Origin: Epiperipatus broadwayi
Lineage: Eukaryota; Animalia; Onychophora
Direction of reading: 5' to 3'
Assembly (NCBI GenBank): GCA_028023455.1
Contig: JAQFVV010000005.1
Coordinates: 13,392,001-13,456,000, forward strand
DNA: 64,000 bases
Shown: positions 51,798 through 64,000 of the stretch, one piece after another
Position numbering within the stretch: position 1 is the first letter of the stretch
Layout of the letters: the number at the start of each line of letters is the position of its first letter
Made by a program: the position numbers and the translations under genes
The notes under the pieces: model-generated
Database searches by the model: none
The model's input: only the letters and a program-made list of their open reading frames with translations
Told to the model about the DNA's origin: nothing

Positions 51798-54700
51798 ACA
51801 GCTTGTGTAAGCAAAAAGAATGGTCATCATGTGATGTTTAGTATATTATTTATAGCCTGTACAGTTTTTTAGTTGTTGAAAAAAAAAAAAACATCACATG
51901 TAAATTTTTGTAATGATGGGTTAATTCTATTAGAAATCACGTTTTTGAAAAAAGCCATTAAGAAAATTTGTCCCATTAATAATTTTTCTTATTATTCTAA
52001 CTAACTGAAATATTTACTAACTCTTACTTTTTTACATATATATATACTATTTACTTTTAAACAATAAACCATGGGGTCAGCATTCATAAAAGAAAACTCC
52101 TTACTTATGAATTAAGGCAAAGTCTTTATGCCATTTATCTGACTAGTCCATGTTTATCAAGAATCTGACTCACTGCTCAAAAAAAAAAAAAAAGCTAGAT
52201 ATCTATTTGCTGACCAATACTGAATGTTTATTGGATTGGCTATAGGACAGCTGCATTAAAGAAACTTAAATTTACTTGTGATCTGAAAAAATTTCTAATG
52301 TATTAAACTCACATTTGGATAATTATATTCTCCATGCAGTTGCATTTACATACTTAATTATTCATAGTGATTACCATGAGATTAACAATTTATATTTAAT
52401 AACTTTTTAAATAAATAAGACACCCTCCCCTATTTTTTTCCTTCTCAATATAATTGCAAGACAAAATGGAGGAAAAGCCCATTCTCATACATAAGATTTA
52501 CTGAATCAAATAATGCTATCTACAACTTAATGAATAGAATCTCATACACCAGTATTATTATTACACGCATCCAAAGATATATGCATATAGCAATACAATT
52601 GTGTATTGGTGAAGAGTCTCATGTTTATAATGCATAAGTATACTTTCCTGCAATGTTCTCACAATCTGGAGTTCATATTTTGGGCTAGTTACACATTTTT
52701 TTAAAGAAAGTTCCCAACAGGTTTAGGACTTTTCATTCAGATAGCCAATCCATAAAAAACACATCCTATTAGTATATTTGTTAAATGAATATATAAGCTA
52801 GTTTACTAGAAGGAAAAAAAAAAGTCTAACCACTCTCTTGGTAATAAATGGCATCCTCATTGTTTCTCCAGTGCCAGACCATTAGAATCTTTGATCAGCA
52901 TAAGCTATTTAAAGACTTACTTTCTACAAAAATGAGGTTTCACATAATTCAAGAAAGCAACAAGTGAAAATGTATCATGTAAAATACAATCATTAAGGAT
53001 TGTTAAATCTATACATTTAAACCTGTTACATATTATCAATTTCTTTTCATTTCACTAAACAGTTCAAGGCAATGAAAATATTTATAAAAGATGGGTTAAA
53101 ATTAAGTCTCAAAACATCCTCCAACATTAAAATGTTCCTGAAATCTTCTTCTGGTCATTATGACCCAAAAATGTATGTTTCATATAAGTGTGTATGAAAA
53201 GAAAACTATAATTAATGATGGTAATTAAAGCAAAGACACAATACACAGTTTAAAATTACAAATAACATTTATTACTGTAATTAAGCATACATTAATTAAA
53301 ATACAAATGTGTGCAAATGACTCAATCAGAGATAATATTAAAAAATGCAAACATGCAAAATAAAATCCACATTTCTTTGATATTTACCCAATATTCCTTG
53401 ATGCCATACATTGATTTTTCTTAAAGTTAGACAATTTTAAAGCACTTGGCCCAGGTCAGTAAACTATTTACATTAAAAAAGGGTTTTCTTTAAATAAAAA
53501 TCTACACACAGACATACATTATAATATATTGAATACAGCTGCAGTTATGAGATTTTCAGACATCCAAATGTTAATTAAAGGGGAGCTGAACATAATAGTT
53601 TCATTTACTTTTTAAAAAAAAAATAATAATAATAATAATAAGTTTCATTTAATTGCTTAAAACAAATGTGTTTATCTCTTGTTTTTTACTTTTCTGGATT
53701 TGAAATTAAAAATATTTTATTCTCAATAAAGGCAAAAATGCTCAATGCAAACCACATTATTTAGATGTCTACTCATAACATTCACAATATAGTTATATTT
53801 AATAAATATTTCTCTTTATCAACATTTTATTTAGTTGCTAAAAAACTATTATCTATAATTTAACAAAATTTCTTAAAAATGATATAAATTTTATGTAATT
53901 AAATATATTACTCATTGGATCTAAATAAATAAAATAATTATAAAAAGAAATATTTATTTCTAACATATACAATTTAACATAATATCATATAATAAATATT
54001 ACAAGTCAGTTAAAACTCAATGTGTGAAATATCAAGAGATAAGTTAAATATAAATATATTCTAGAAATCATAATATATTGAAATATAGTGATAGATTAAT
54101 ATAATATCTGCAGACTCAATATTTTATTTTACATTTGCAAAAAAAAAAAAAAAAAAGCCCCAGGTTTCATATATATATATATTAAAAAAATATAAATTTA
54201 CATAATAGCAAAGTTGCATATGAATTTTTCTCATGAACTCTGAAACATAAATCATAATTACACACCATTACAATATATATAAATTTTATTTCCACAAGAT
54301 TTTAAAATGTTGCATAATAGATTAAACAATCAAAAAAAATCGCCAATTTCTTTTCAGCACTTTCTGAATAATAATGTACTACTAATATTATTGGCCACAC
54401 ATATAATTCTATACAAGTGAGGTGAATTTGAATTTTACTTTTTTCACCAATGTTATAATATATTGAATATATTATGATATTTCCAAAAATTTTGGGACAA
54501 TGTAAGATTAGAAGTGGACTTTTGGAGGAAGATATGTTTTAAAATATACTATTTCTCTTCATTTGATTTTATTAAACAAAAAGAAATGTAGATGTAGCAT
54601 AAATTATTACAGTTAAGAATGGTTTGTTCACACAAAAGCAATAAAAACATGAAAATTCAAAAAAGGTTTCTGTATTTCACACATGCACATTTAGTACATC

Positions 54701-54878
54701 CATTACAACACACGGCATATTGAATTATGACATTTTATATATGACATAACCATGTCCATTCTTTATCAAGTGTGCGCATTATAAAGTCTTTCCAATCTTT
54801 TTTAAAAACTTTTTAGAAGATTGATGATTAAATTCAAGCTAAACTTTGATTATTGAGATCACTTCTATTATTTTTTAG

Positions 54879-54969
54879 GAGAGAAATGGATTCACAAGAA
54901 ATTCAGGCAGAAATTAGCAATTTGGAGCTTTATGATGTTCCAGAAGATGACATGACTAAATTTGAATAA
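54879..54969 (+). CDS. Candidate terminal coding exon of an unidentified gene
   Basis: Acceptor ttattttttag|G, then REMDSQEIQAEISNLELYDVPEDDMTKFE*, with AATAAA at 54965, 54997 and 55021. Confidence 0.55.
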
Positions 54970-55836
54970 AGATAAAATTTTGTACATTAATGTTTTAATA
55001 AATGTATATTTTTATGCTGGAATAAATGTAGATTTTTGTACATGAAAAAAAAAACATCACCTGAAAGTAAGCTCTACTGCATCTTTTGGAGTAAAAACTA
55101 ATATAAGACCTAATCTTATTTTTAGCTAACTTTGCTAATAAAAAACATAAACAAGTTATGCATGAAAGATTCTGAAATAACAGTAACTAATGGGTTTTAA
55201 AACAAACAAAAACTATTTTTGACAAACTAATTACAAACCAGTCAAAGTAGACTTAATTACTGTTAATGGAATCTAAAATTACATTAGCTTTGATATACTT
55301 ATTGTACTCCAGAAAAGATAATAAAGGAAAGAAGATACATAAGGAATAAGAAAACCAGGAATTGTCTTTTAATTTCATTACAAGAGGACACATAAGAATA
55401 TCTAGATTTCTGAAGTGAAGTGAATGAACCAAAAAACATCATTGGATAACATATCCTAGGAAATCAGCCACTATAGGTGATGGATTGTAGTTTACAGATC
55501 ACCCCAGCCTTACAGTTTTTAGTAAGCCCAATAGGCCACAAAAATTATAATGGGACTGCAAACTAGAAATATTATAAATATTATTAATCTTATAAAGGTT
55601 AAACAGTAAAATATACTGAGTGCAAAGATAGTTATATGTATTCTAATGTGTGCTGCAGCTGTCTACAAACACACATACACATAAAGAAAAAAAAATACAA
55701 AATAAAATTCCAAGATAAAATAAATAAAAATCAGAAATATAGATTTATTCAGTTAAATAAATAGAAATAAAGTCTAATTAGTCCTAACTATTTTGATAAA
55801 TGGTAATTAATTGTATATTTTATATAATAGTATTTT

Positions 55837-56055
55837 AGCACAGACTTTCACACGACCCACTACTCTCCACACTATCTCATAACACTGATACACTTGAACA
55901 CATATATATTGAAAAGATAAATAATCATCAATATACGTATTTCATGCTAAACCAGAAATCATCAGTTGGTCCAGATTACCATCTCTACACATATATGCTA
56001 TAAGTGCTCAGATATATATTAAGAGAGCCAATCCTCTTACTTTAATGGACAGGCT
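55837..56055. repeat. Single, non-palindromic copy of the 27341-27775 arm plus loop
   Basis: Near-identical to the reverse complement of 27542-27760, then diverges after GGCT. Confidence 0.9.
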
Positions 56056-56572
56056 TCAATCTACTCCACACCCCAACCGTTCATCCAATTGAAAATCTGA
56101 TGATAGAAGGCTCAAAGGCTACCCTGAGGCTGAGATTCTTGTCACACCCATGTTGACCTGAGATCAAACGCCTTAATATATCAGCGTCATTACAGACCTG
56201 AAATCCTCAGCGTTGCTTATCGGTGATAACGTATATAAACTTATATCTTGCTTTGTCAAACCACCCTTCGATACCATATTATTTTGTAAGACACATTCCT
56301 TAACGGAGTTTGGAAGCACCGACTCCATGGGTTGTGCTAGGTTGTAGCTAGGCTCTACATGGATTAACATTCGGAAGAACCGAAAACATAAAACCCTACC
56401 AACCATTTCTTCAGATGCTATCTGTCACAAGTGCAGATGAGCTTTTATGTTCATTTAAGTTGATGAAGCCTCTCATCCTTTCTTGCGTTATCATTCGGTC
56501 AGCACCGCATTTATTCATATTTTATCGTTTCCTCTATTAGTCTATAAGTCGTAATGCTATGATCTTATAAAC

Positions 56573-59506
56573 CCAGGCTTCTTAAACTGTGGGTCGCGAC
56601 CCCCAGGGGGGTTGCGAGACTACTGAAAGGGGGTCGCAAAGATCTGATACTTTTCAATCATTATAAAATTTTAAAATTAGTATACACACTACGTACAAAT
56701 ATAAATACAAATAAAAATCATACAAAATACTATTGTAGTTTTATTATAACTATTTTTTGAAAAAAGTGGCAATGCAAAACTGTTATGTAGGGCCTATAAA
56801 TGAAAATATGGAAGTAGCATTTAAAATAATAAATACAACGCGCTCCTCGATTTTCAACTGAACGTTCGACATTGATGTCTGGCTGCCGGCGTCAGTGTTT
56901 GCAAGATAACTTAGTGATTATAAGTACCCAGACGCCGCGTCGCCTTACAGCTTACACATACAATACGGAAGCATAATCAAGCTAGGCTAGGCGAATGGGC
57001 ATATTATTTTTATAAAAGAATAATAAAAAAAATTAAATGAAAGCTTCTTTTTCGGCGTCTTTGTGATACGGTGCCTTTGTGCGCTGCACACTTTGAACAC
57101 GCCATGCGTCGGGGTTGATCTGATCGTAATTTGTTGTCATTGCACTGGTAAAGATTCGAGTGTAGTTATTTTTCTGTTTGTACTTCAGTTTGGACTCAGC
57201 TTTGTCTTCGTAGTGACATGTGTGTATTTACTGTGTAATTTTCAGTTGGTGTTTTTAATTATTACGTTAAAGTTGAACTACATTTTGTTTAATTATTTAT
57301 TATTATTTAACCATCATGGATAAATGGCTAATTAAAATTCCAACTAATAAGTCTGCCACGCCGTCACAACCAAGTTGCAGTGCTTCAAATCCGACTTCTA
57401 GCAAAACAAAAAAAAAGAAAATATGACGAATCATATTTGCAGTATGGCTTCACATGCTCTTCTCACAACAATGAAGAACAACCAGTGTGCTTAATTTGCA
57501 AAGAAGTTTTGGCTGCAGAAAGCATGAAACCGTCAAAACTGCAACGACATTTGAATACTAAACATGCAACGTTATCAAAAAAGCCAATAGAATATTTTGA
57601 GCGTCTTTTGCAAACATCAAATAAAGAAAAGAACACTTTGGAGAAGTATGTTACTTTGAATGATAAATATCTATTGGCATCGTATGAAGTTTCGTATTTG
57701 ATAGCAAAAACGAAAAAGCCTTTTACTATTGGAGAGCAACTTTTACTACCTGCAGCTATAAGAATGTCTGAAATTGTTCATGGAAAACAGTATGCTGCTG
57801 AAATTAGTAAGATTCCATTATCAAATGACACTGTGTCCAAAAGAATTTCAGACATTAGCAATGATCAATTTCAACAGCTTCTTATGAGGCTTAAAGACAG
57901 CTCAAAGTTTGCAATACAACTGGACGAGTCGACAGACATTTCAAAAATGGCACAGTTGTTACTTTTTGTAAGATATATTTATGAGGGAAGCATTCATGAA
58001 GATATACTGTTTTGTCGTCCTCTGGAAGGTCATACTCGTGGAAAAGATATATATAAAAAAGTAAATGAGTTTTTTGAAAAAGAAGGATTAAATTGGAAAA
58101 ATTGTGTTGGTGTGTGCACGGACGGTGCTGCAGCAATGACCGGACAAGATCTTGGTTTTACAGCATTTGTTAAAGCTGGAAATGATCATATTACATTTAC
58201 ACATTGTATGATTCACCGAGAGGCACTTGTTGTTAAAAAATTGCACCAGAATTAAACACTGTGTTTTTTGATGCAGTCAAAATCATCAACTTTATTAAAA
58301 GTCGAGCACTTAATAGTCGATTGTTTAAAAATTTGTGCATTGATATGGATTCGGATTATACAAGTTTATTGCTACATGCTGAAGTTAGGTGGCTATCAAG
58401 AGGTCGAAGTTTGAAACGATTATTAACTTTAAAAGATGAAGTTCTTATATTTCTAACAGAGCAAAATTCTAATTTGGCCGATTATTTTCACGATAATTTA
58501 TGGCTTCTCAAGCTATGCTATTTGGCAGATATTTTTAGATAAATTCATATCATTGATTTTATCAATGCAGGGAGTCTGCGTTAATATGTTTATGTTAAAA
58601 AATAAACTTGAGGCCTTTGTTAAAAAAATTCTTATATGGAAGAACAGAGTGGAAAGTGGATCGCTCGAAATGTTTCCATTTACTGACGAGTATATAATTA
58701 GTAACAATATTTCAAAAAAAGATACTCCTATAACAAAAATTATAGTTAATCATTTGAAGGATATGGAAGTTTACATGCATAGGTATTTTCCCAATGATAT
58801 CGATACACAACAATGGATTTGCAATCCATTTTCAATTGAAATGGAAGAAATTAATTTTTTAAACTTAAAAGCACAAGAAGAATTTGCCGAATTAACAAGT
58901 GATACTACCTTGCGACTCAGATTTTCTCAAGTGCCTGTGCATGAATTTTGGATAGAAATCAAATCAGAATATCCCTACTATCGGAAATGGCAATGAACAA
59001 ATTACTGCCATTTTGTACAACATATTTATGTGAATCAGCCTTTTCCACATTAACTTACATAAAATCAAAATACCGTTCAACTTTAATAAACGTTGAAAAT
59101 TTATTACGATCTGCACTAACTCAAATTGAGCCTGGATTTAATTATTTGTGTAAAAATAAACAATCACATCCGTCACATTAATATTGTTTGATGTTAATAA
59201 TATGTTTTTATTAAAAAAATTGTTACAAAAGTTTATTTTTTCTATTGAATAAATTTATATATAGTTTTATGTCATTCTATTTATTGTGTTTTATTACGAC
59301 CGATATCCCGTCAACGTTTCCAATTATATATATGTGAAATGAATGGGTACATATTCTTTAATCCTTATTTTATTTACATTGTAAAATAGTGCGATATTAC
59401 ATCTACATCTACGGTTAATATATATTTCATTATATGGAGGAGGGGGTCGTTTAAAATTTCCTAAGCTTGAAGGGGGTCGCTATATAAAAAAGTTTAAGAA
59501 GCCTTG
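56573..59506 (+). mobile_element. Complete hAT (Buster family) DNA transposon, 2934 bp
   Basis: TIRs CCAGGCTTCTTAAACT (56573-56588) and AGTTTAAGAAGCCTTG (59491-59506) match at 15 of 16 positions. Perfect 8-bp TSD TTATAAAC (56565-56572 and 59507-59514) of the nnnTAnnn Buster type. Subterminal GGGGGTCGC repeats. Confidence 0.96.
57316..59181 (+). pseudogene. Buster/ZBED5-like hAT transposase with four single-base frameshifts
   Basis: ATG at 57316 (MDKWL). Zinc finger CLIC...RHLNTKH; LDESTD, CTDGA, CMIH, HAEVRWLSRG, YLCESAFS and terminal QSHPSH. Frameshifts near 57410, 58237, 58537 and 58976. Confidence 0.92.
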
Positions 59507-61189
59507 TTATAAACCATCTCAAACTTTCATTTTCTTATATTTTGTAGGTTAGAAATATCATGTATTAAAGCTTATTTAATCTATCTACCTTCTCATTAAA
59601 CAATCTTTAGATATGCTGAGAAATAACTTCCAGTAAATCCTACCAAAATCTAATTATGTAAACAAATGCGAAAATAAATGTGCTCTTCTTAAATCATTAA
59701 TGTAAATCGTAAAGACTGTATACACTCTGAAATATTAATTTGCCGTAATGATAAACTGCGATAAAACCAACTTACATTCATTTGAAATTCGTCAGATCAT
59801 TTGTTTTTATTAAATATATCATAGCGTTCAGAATACAAGCCTCGTAAATTTGATATCTTTCATTAGCATATTAAGCCACATCATTTTGATTAGCTATTGA
59901 TTTTATTAATACTTGTACTTGGTATCTGCGTATCCATTAATCCTTAATTTATGCTACATAGGTCATTTTGGAATCTGCAAATAAATATTAATTATGTGAA
60001 ACCCAGGGAGTATTAATTATGTTTGAATAGATTCATTACGCATTTCATTCTTTTATATTATCCGTTATGTTTACATAAAAGTTTAACCAATTTATTATTA
60101 TCCTTATAAATAAATTAGTAGTTTAATAAGTTATTCTTTGGATATATTTTGTTCATCCATGCATGCACATCTATCATTATTTGCGTCTTACACTATTGAG
60201 TCCTATAGATCTCTTGTTTCTCTGCTGACGCTCTGGGACGGGAATTGTTAGAGATCTCATTTATTGTCGTCAGAAATCTTGTTCGTAATGTTATATATTT
60301 GGGAAATAGGCAATAGGGCGGAGTTCATGATTATTCCTGACTTATGTATCTCGCATATGATTGAACTCTAAGTACTTTTGCCTTGATGCTAGCTCTTGTT
60401 AAATGAACATACAATTCTGACCGGTACAATATATATATATATCTTTGTTCCTTTAGTTTGATTTTCATTTGATATCTATTTGTAGTAGATGAAACCATGG
60501 TTGTGTAAGGATTTTGGTAAAATTTTGGATTTTATCTAGTATTGTATTGGTTTATAATTTTGAATTTTATTTATAAATATGTATTTTTTTGTTTGTAGGT
60601 CCTTGAAAATGATTGTAATGATGTAAAACAGTTGAAATGATGCAAAGTGTATGATAAAATATTATAAATATATATATATGTTCATTGTTAATTATGAAAA
60701 TAAAGTTTTTTTGAAAAAAAAAAGATTATGCATTCAGTTATATATTTTTTGGAGAAAAATATATATATATTTTAAAAGAAACAGTTGCAATTTCATTTGT
60801 TGTTGGAGAATAATGGTATTTTATGGTGAACAATATGATAGAACTTAGTATACTTGTACTGATTGATTATTGGTTTTTGAAGAGGATATTAGTAAAGAAA
60901 AAATACATATGAATAAGGAATAATACATATATGATGTGAAGAAGAATGATATATATAATATTTTTACAATTAGAAAAAAAATTATGATTGAATGTATGAT
61001 TGTTTAATGATATAGGATGAAAATATATGAGTGGTATTTGATATATTGTTAGTGATATATTTATTTTAAAATAGAGTGGGGACTTATGTGAATACATAAA
61101 AATGAATATGAAGGAATTTTTTTAATGGTTTAAATATGAAATTAAGAATAATATTATAAATATTTGTGTTAAAGTAATAAATGAGTGGA

Positions 61190-61338
61190 TTAAATTTATG
61201 AAAGATTGTTGTTTTTATAAGGTAATTCCAAAATTTATTAAATTTAAAATGTTTAAAAATATTTTTGGAGAAAAATATATGTATATATTACAAAAAAAGT
61301 TGATTAGGAAATATATTAAATTTTCGTATAAAGAAAAA
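61190..61338 (+). mobile_element. Possible Penelope-like ORF N-terminal remnant
   Basis: CCFYKVIPKFIKFK...YILQKKLIRKYI resembles the C...IPKF..FK segment of Penelope-like ORFs. Confidence 0.25.
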
Positions 61339-61479
61339 GGGTTGTCATCTGATCCTTCGTGTTAGCCACTAGAGGCGCGATTTCTAGCTAAATTTCTAGA
61401 AATATGCCGTTTCCGGGCCAGCGATTTTCTATTAATATTGTTGTTTTTTTTTTGTTTGTTTGCAAAGTTTACTTTCTTT

Positions 61480-62930
61480 CGTTTCTGAATTATTTTTACC
61501 AAGTAATATTTTTGACGATGGTATAATAATATTTTTTTTTTTGGGATTGCCGAAATTTAAGAGAGAACGGGTCTTTTTTGGTGTGTGTTCAAATAGTAAT
61601 TTGTGTGTTTTTTTTTTAAATAGTATTACTGTTTTTGTAAAATTAGATTGCCGAAATTTAAGAGAGAACGGGTTTTTTTTGGATGGATCTTTAAATAATA
61701 ATTGACGTTACTTCGATAGGTTTCCATTTGATTGCCGAGAACAATTAGTGGGAGGGGTTGTTTTTGTGTACGATTAAATAATAATTTACTTTACTTTGAT
61801 AGGTTTACGTTTGATTGCCGACAACAATTATCGGGAGAAGTGTTGTTTTTTTTTTTCGCGCGTGTGTGTGTATGTTTAAATAAAAATTAAAACCGTTACT
61901 TTTATCGGTTTACATTTGATCAACGACCGATATGACTTCCTTTCGTTTATAAATTATGATTTTTGTTTCTACGAATAAATATTTTTGACAATGGAACAAT
62001 AATAGTTGTTGTTTGTTTAATTTTTATTGACAAAAGGTTGTTTTTCGGTGTAGTTTCAACTAGTAATTTGGGTTACGTTTAAATAATAAGTTACCGTGTT
62101 ACTTTGATTGGTTTACATTTGTTTGACACTAATTATTGGGAGGGATCTTTTTTTGTGTGTACGGTTGTAGACAACAATTATTGGGTGAAGGGGTGGGTTA
62201 ACCGTTTAAACAATAGTAGTTTTAAGTTACGGTCTTACTTTGATTGGTTGGTTTACATTTGATTGCCGATACTAATTATTGGGAGGGGTGTTTTTTTGTA
62301 TGTACGATTGTAGACAACAATTATTGGGGGAAAGGGTTAAACTGTTTAAAGAATAGTAGTTTACGTTACTTTTAGTGGTGGTGTACATTTGATTACTGAC
62401 AATAATTAGTGAGAGGGGTGGGTGTTTTTGGATGATGATTAAATACTAATTTACCTTCCTTTTTATTTTACATTTGATTGCCGACAGCAATTATTTGGAG
62501 AAAGGCTTTTTTTTTGTGTGTGTGTATGTTTAAATCAAAATTGAAGTTACTTTTATTTATTATATTTGATTGACAACCGATTGACTTTTTTTTCATTTAT
62601 AAATTATTGTTTTGGTTGCCCAAAAACCTAATATTTTTGACAATGGGACAATAATAGTTCTTAATTTGATTATTATTGACAAGAAAGGATCTTTTTTGGT
62701 GTACGTTTAAATAGTAATTTGGGTTGTGTTTAAATAGTAATACTGTTTTTAAAAATTTAAGTGACAAAATTAAAGAAACAATGGGATTTTTTTTTTTTTT
62801 ATGGATCTTTAAATAATAATTTTCGTTACTTTAATTTGTTTTCATTTGATTGACAACAATTAGTGGGAGGGGTGTTTTTGTTTATTTTTAAATAATAAGT
62901 TACATTTTTTGGTTAACAACAATTATTGTG
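61480..62930. repeat. Subterminal tandem array with higher-order structure
   Basis: Recurrent ttactttgat..gtttacatttgattgccga..aattat(t)gggagggg units; the block at about 61860-62100 recurs at about 62510-62720. Confidence 0.85.
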
Positions 62931-63484
62931 TGCGTATGTTATGTTACTTTATTTATCAATTTGGTTAATAATACTTACTGGTAGACAAATTAAATTTACT
63001 TTTACAATAAGGTTTGCATCATATATATTTACACCTAAATAATAAATGGATAATGTCACTCACCTACAGATTCTTTTGTTTTTCTTTTCTTTGTTGAAAA
63101 AATTATTTTAACAAATTTTGAAGATATGGTTTAAACAAATTTAGGTTTATTTATGTCAAAAACGTAACTCAACGTGGAGAAACCAATCAATGAAACTGAA
63201 ACTCTATGGAACGCAAAAAAAAAAAAAAAAATGTAACAGAAATAAAATCTCTTTAATAAGAGCTAAAAAAAAAGTGTTTTTAAAAAATTAACTTACCTCC
63301 ACATATCTCTCTTCTTTGTTGATAAAATGATTTCAACAGTTTTAACAACAATTATTGTGTCTATTAAACTTTTTAACAAACAAAACTCGACCTCGAAACA
63401 AGAAATCAACACATGAACCGTAACATGCCCATGAAACGAGAAACAGTATAACAGAAACGAAATAATTTAAAAAACAGCATAAAA

Positions 63485-64000
63485 CTATTTCTGTTTTATC
63501 TGCATCTCAAATAATATTCTATTAAAAACATCTCCATCTTTATGAAGACGTCGCCAAAGGAATTCACACAGGTAATTGTTTATTGAACTTCTAGGTGTTC
63601 CACGCTGTTTTTTATTTTGTGATTTCAGACAGCCCCACAGACGTTCGATGTTTTGTGTGTGAACTCCTGTTTTAGGATCAATAAAATTATAGCAATGGTT
63701 CACGGTGAAGTGTTGGAAACCTGCTGCTTTCAAATCGGATGTTTTATATCCTTTCCAGCAGTCAGAGTAAATTGTGGATCCGGGCTTGATATTTTCCTGT
63801 ATGACTTGCAGAAGTGTGACCGCAGATCGTGATGGAACGGGCATGGCAAAACATTCTCCAGTCTCTCTGCAAAAGCCACCAAATATCCATTGCTGAGGAA
63901 GCACTCTTCCCTGGTGGTTCTTACGTCGACTGAACAGTGTTTCGTCCACCTCTATCAAACCTGATCCTCCAACTTGACTGGAAGGTCTTGAAGCAAGGCT
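63485..64000 (-). CDS. Merlin/ISXO2 (IS1595-like) DDE transposase, C-terminal 171 aa, open to the window edge
   Basis: GGSGL-IEVDE, WIFGG, IYSDCWKGY, HFTVNH, VHTQNIERLW and YLCEFLWRR. No stop between 64000 and 63488. Confidence 0.92.
   Translation of the reverse strand, partial: SLASRPSSQVGGSGLIEVDETLFSRRKNHQGRVLPQQWIFGGFCRETGECFAMPVPSRSAVTLLQVIQENIKPGSTIYSDCWKGYKTSDLKAAGFQHFTVNHCYNFIDPKTGVHTQNIERLWGCLKSQNKKQRGTPRSSINNYLCEFLWRRLHKDGDVFNRILFEMQIKQK

Larger units (their letters stand above)
61339..64000 (-). mobile_element. Merlin-superfamily DNA transposon, 3' portion (truncated by the window edge)
   Basis: Transposase ORF plus about 2 kb of distinct, CpG-rich downstream sequence. Composition changes abruptly near 61339-61355. 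The partner TIR is outside the window, so the boundary is approximate. Confidence 0.75.

Noticed and set aside
60250-60430. A 5' LTR with primer-binding site
   Set aside because: It has TG...CA-like ends with TATA-like and AATAAA signals, but no second LTR in the window, and the adjacent sequence (attcccgtcccag) matches no tRNA 3' end I recognise.
63485-64000. Bacterial IS1595 contamination or recent bacterial transfer
   Set aside because: It is contiguous with AT-rich animal repeats and has long subterminal arrays and a spliceosomal donor, all consistent with eukaryotic Merlin.

Overview
This is AT-rich eukaryotic (animal) genomic DNA, most likely intronic or intergenic sequence of a non-insect invertebrate. 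That placement is an inference from the transposon mix, a CYFIP retrocopy and the form of a tRNA-Ser variable arm. There are no prokaryotic operons or CRISPR arrays. The best-supported elements are: (1) a full-length L1/Tx1-like non-LTR retrotransposon (16188-21624, minus strand) with a 12-bp target-site duplication, poly(A), a CCHC ORF1 and an APE-RT ORF2; (2) a complete hAT/Buster DNA transposon (56573-59506) with 16-bp TIRs, an 8-bp TSD and four frameshifts; (3) the 3' part of a Merlin (IS1595/ISXO2-like) transposon with a subterminal tandem array, running off the right edge. The window also holds many decayed RTE, L2/CR1-like, Gypsy, hAT, Merlin and possible Penelope fragments, three tRNA pseudogenes and an intronless CYFIP/Sra-1 pseudogene fragment. 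A few candidate host exons are present but could not be assigned to a known gene. The most unusual signal is a high density of local inverted duplications; one retains an apparent 4-bp template-switch signature, visible by comparison with an unduplicated copy elsewhere in the window. All coordinates and translations were read by eye, and element boundaries without a TSD are approximate.
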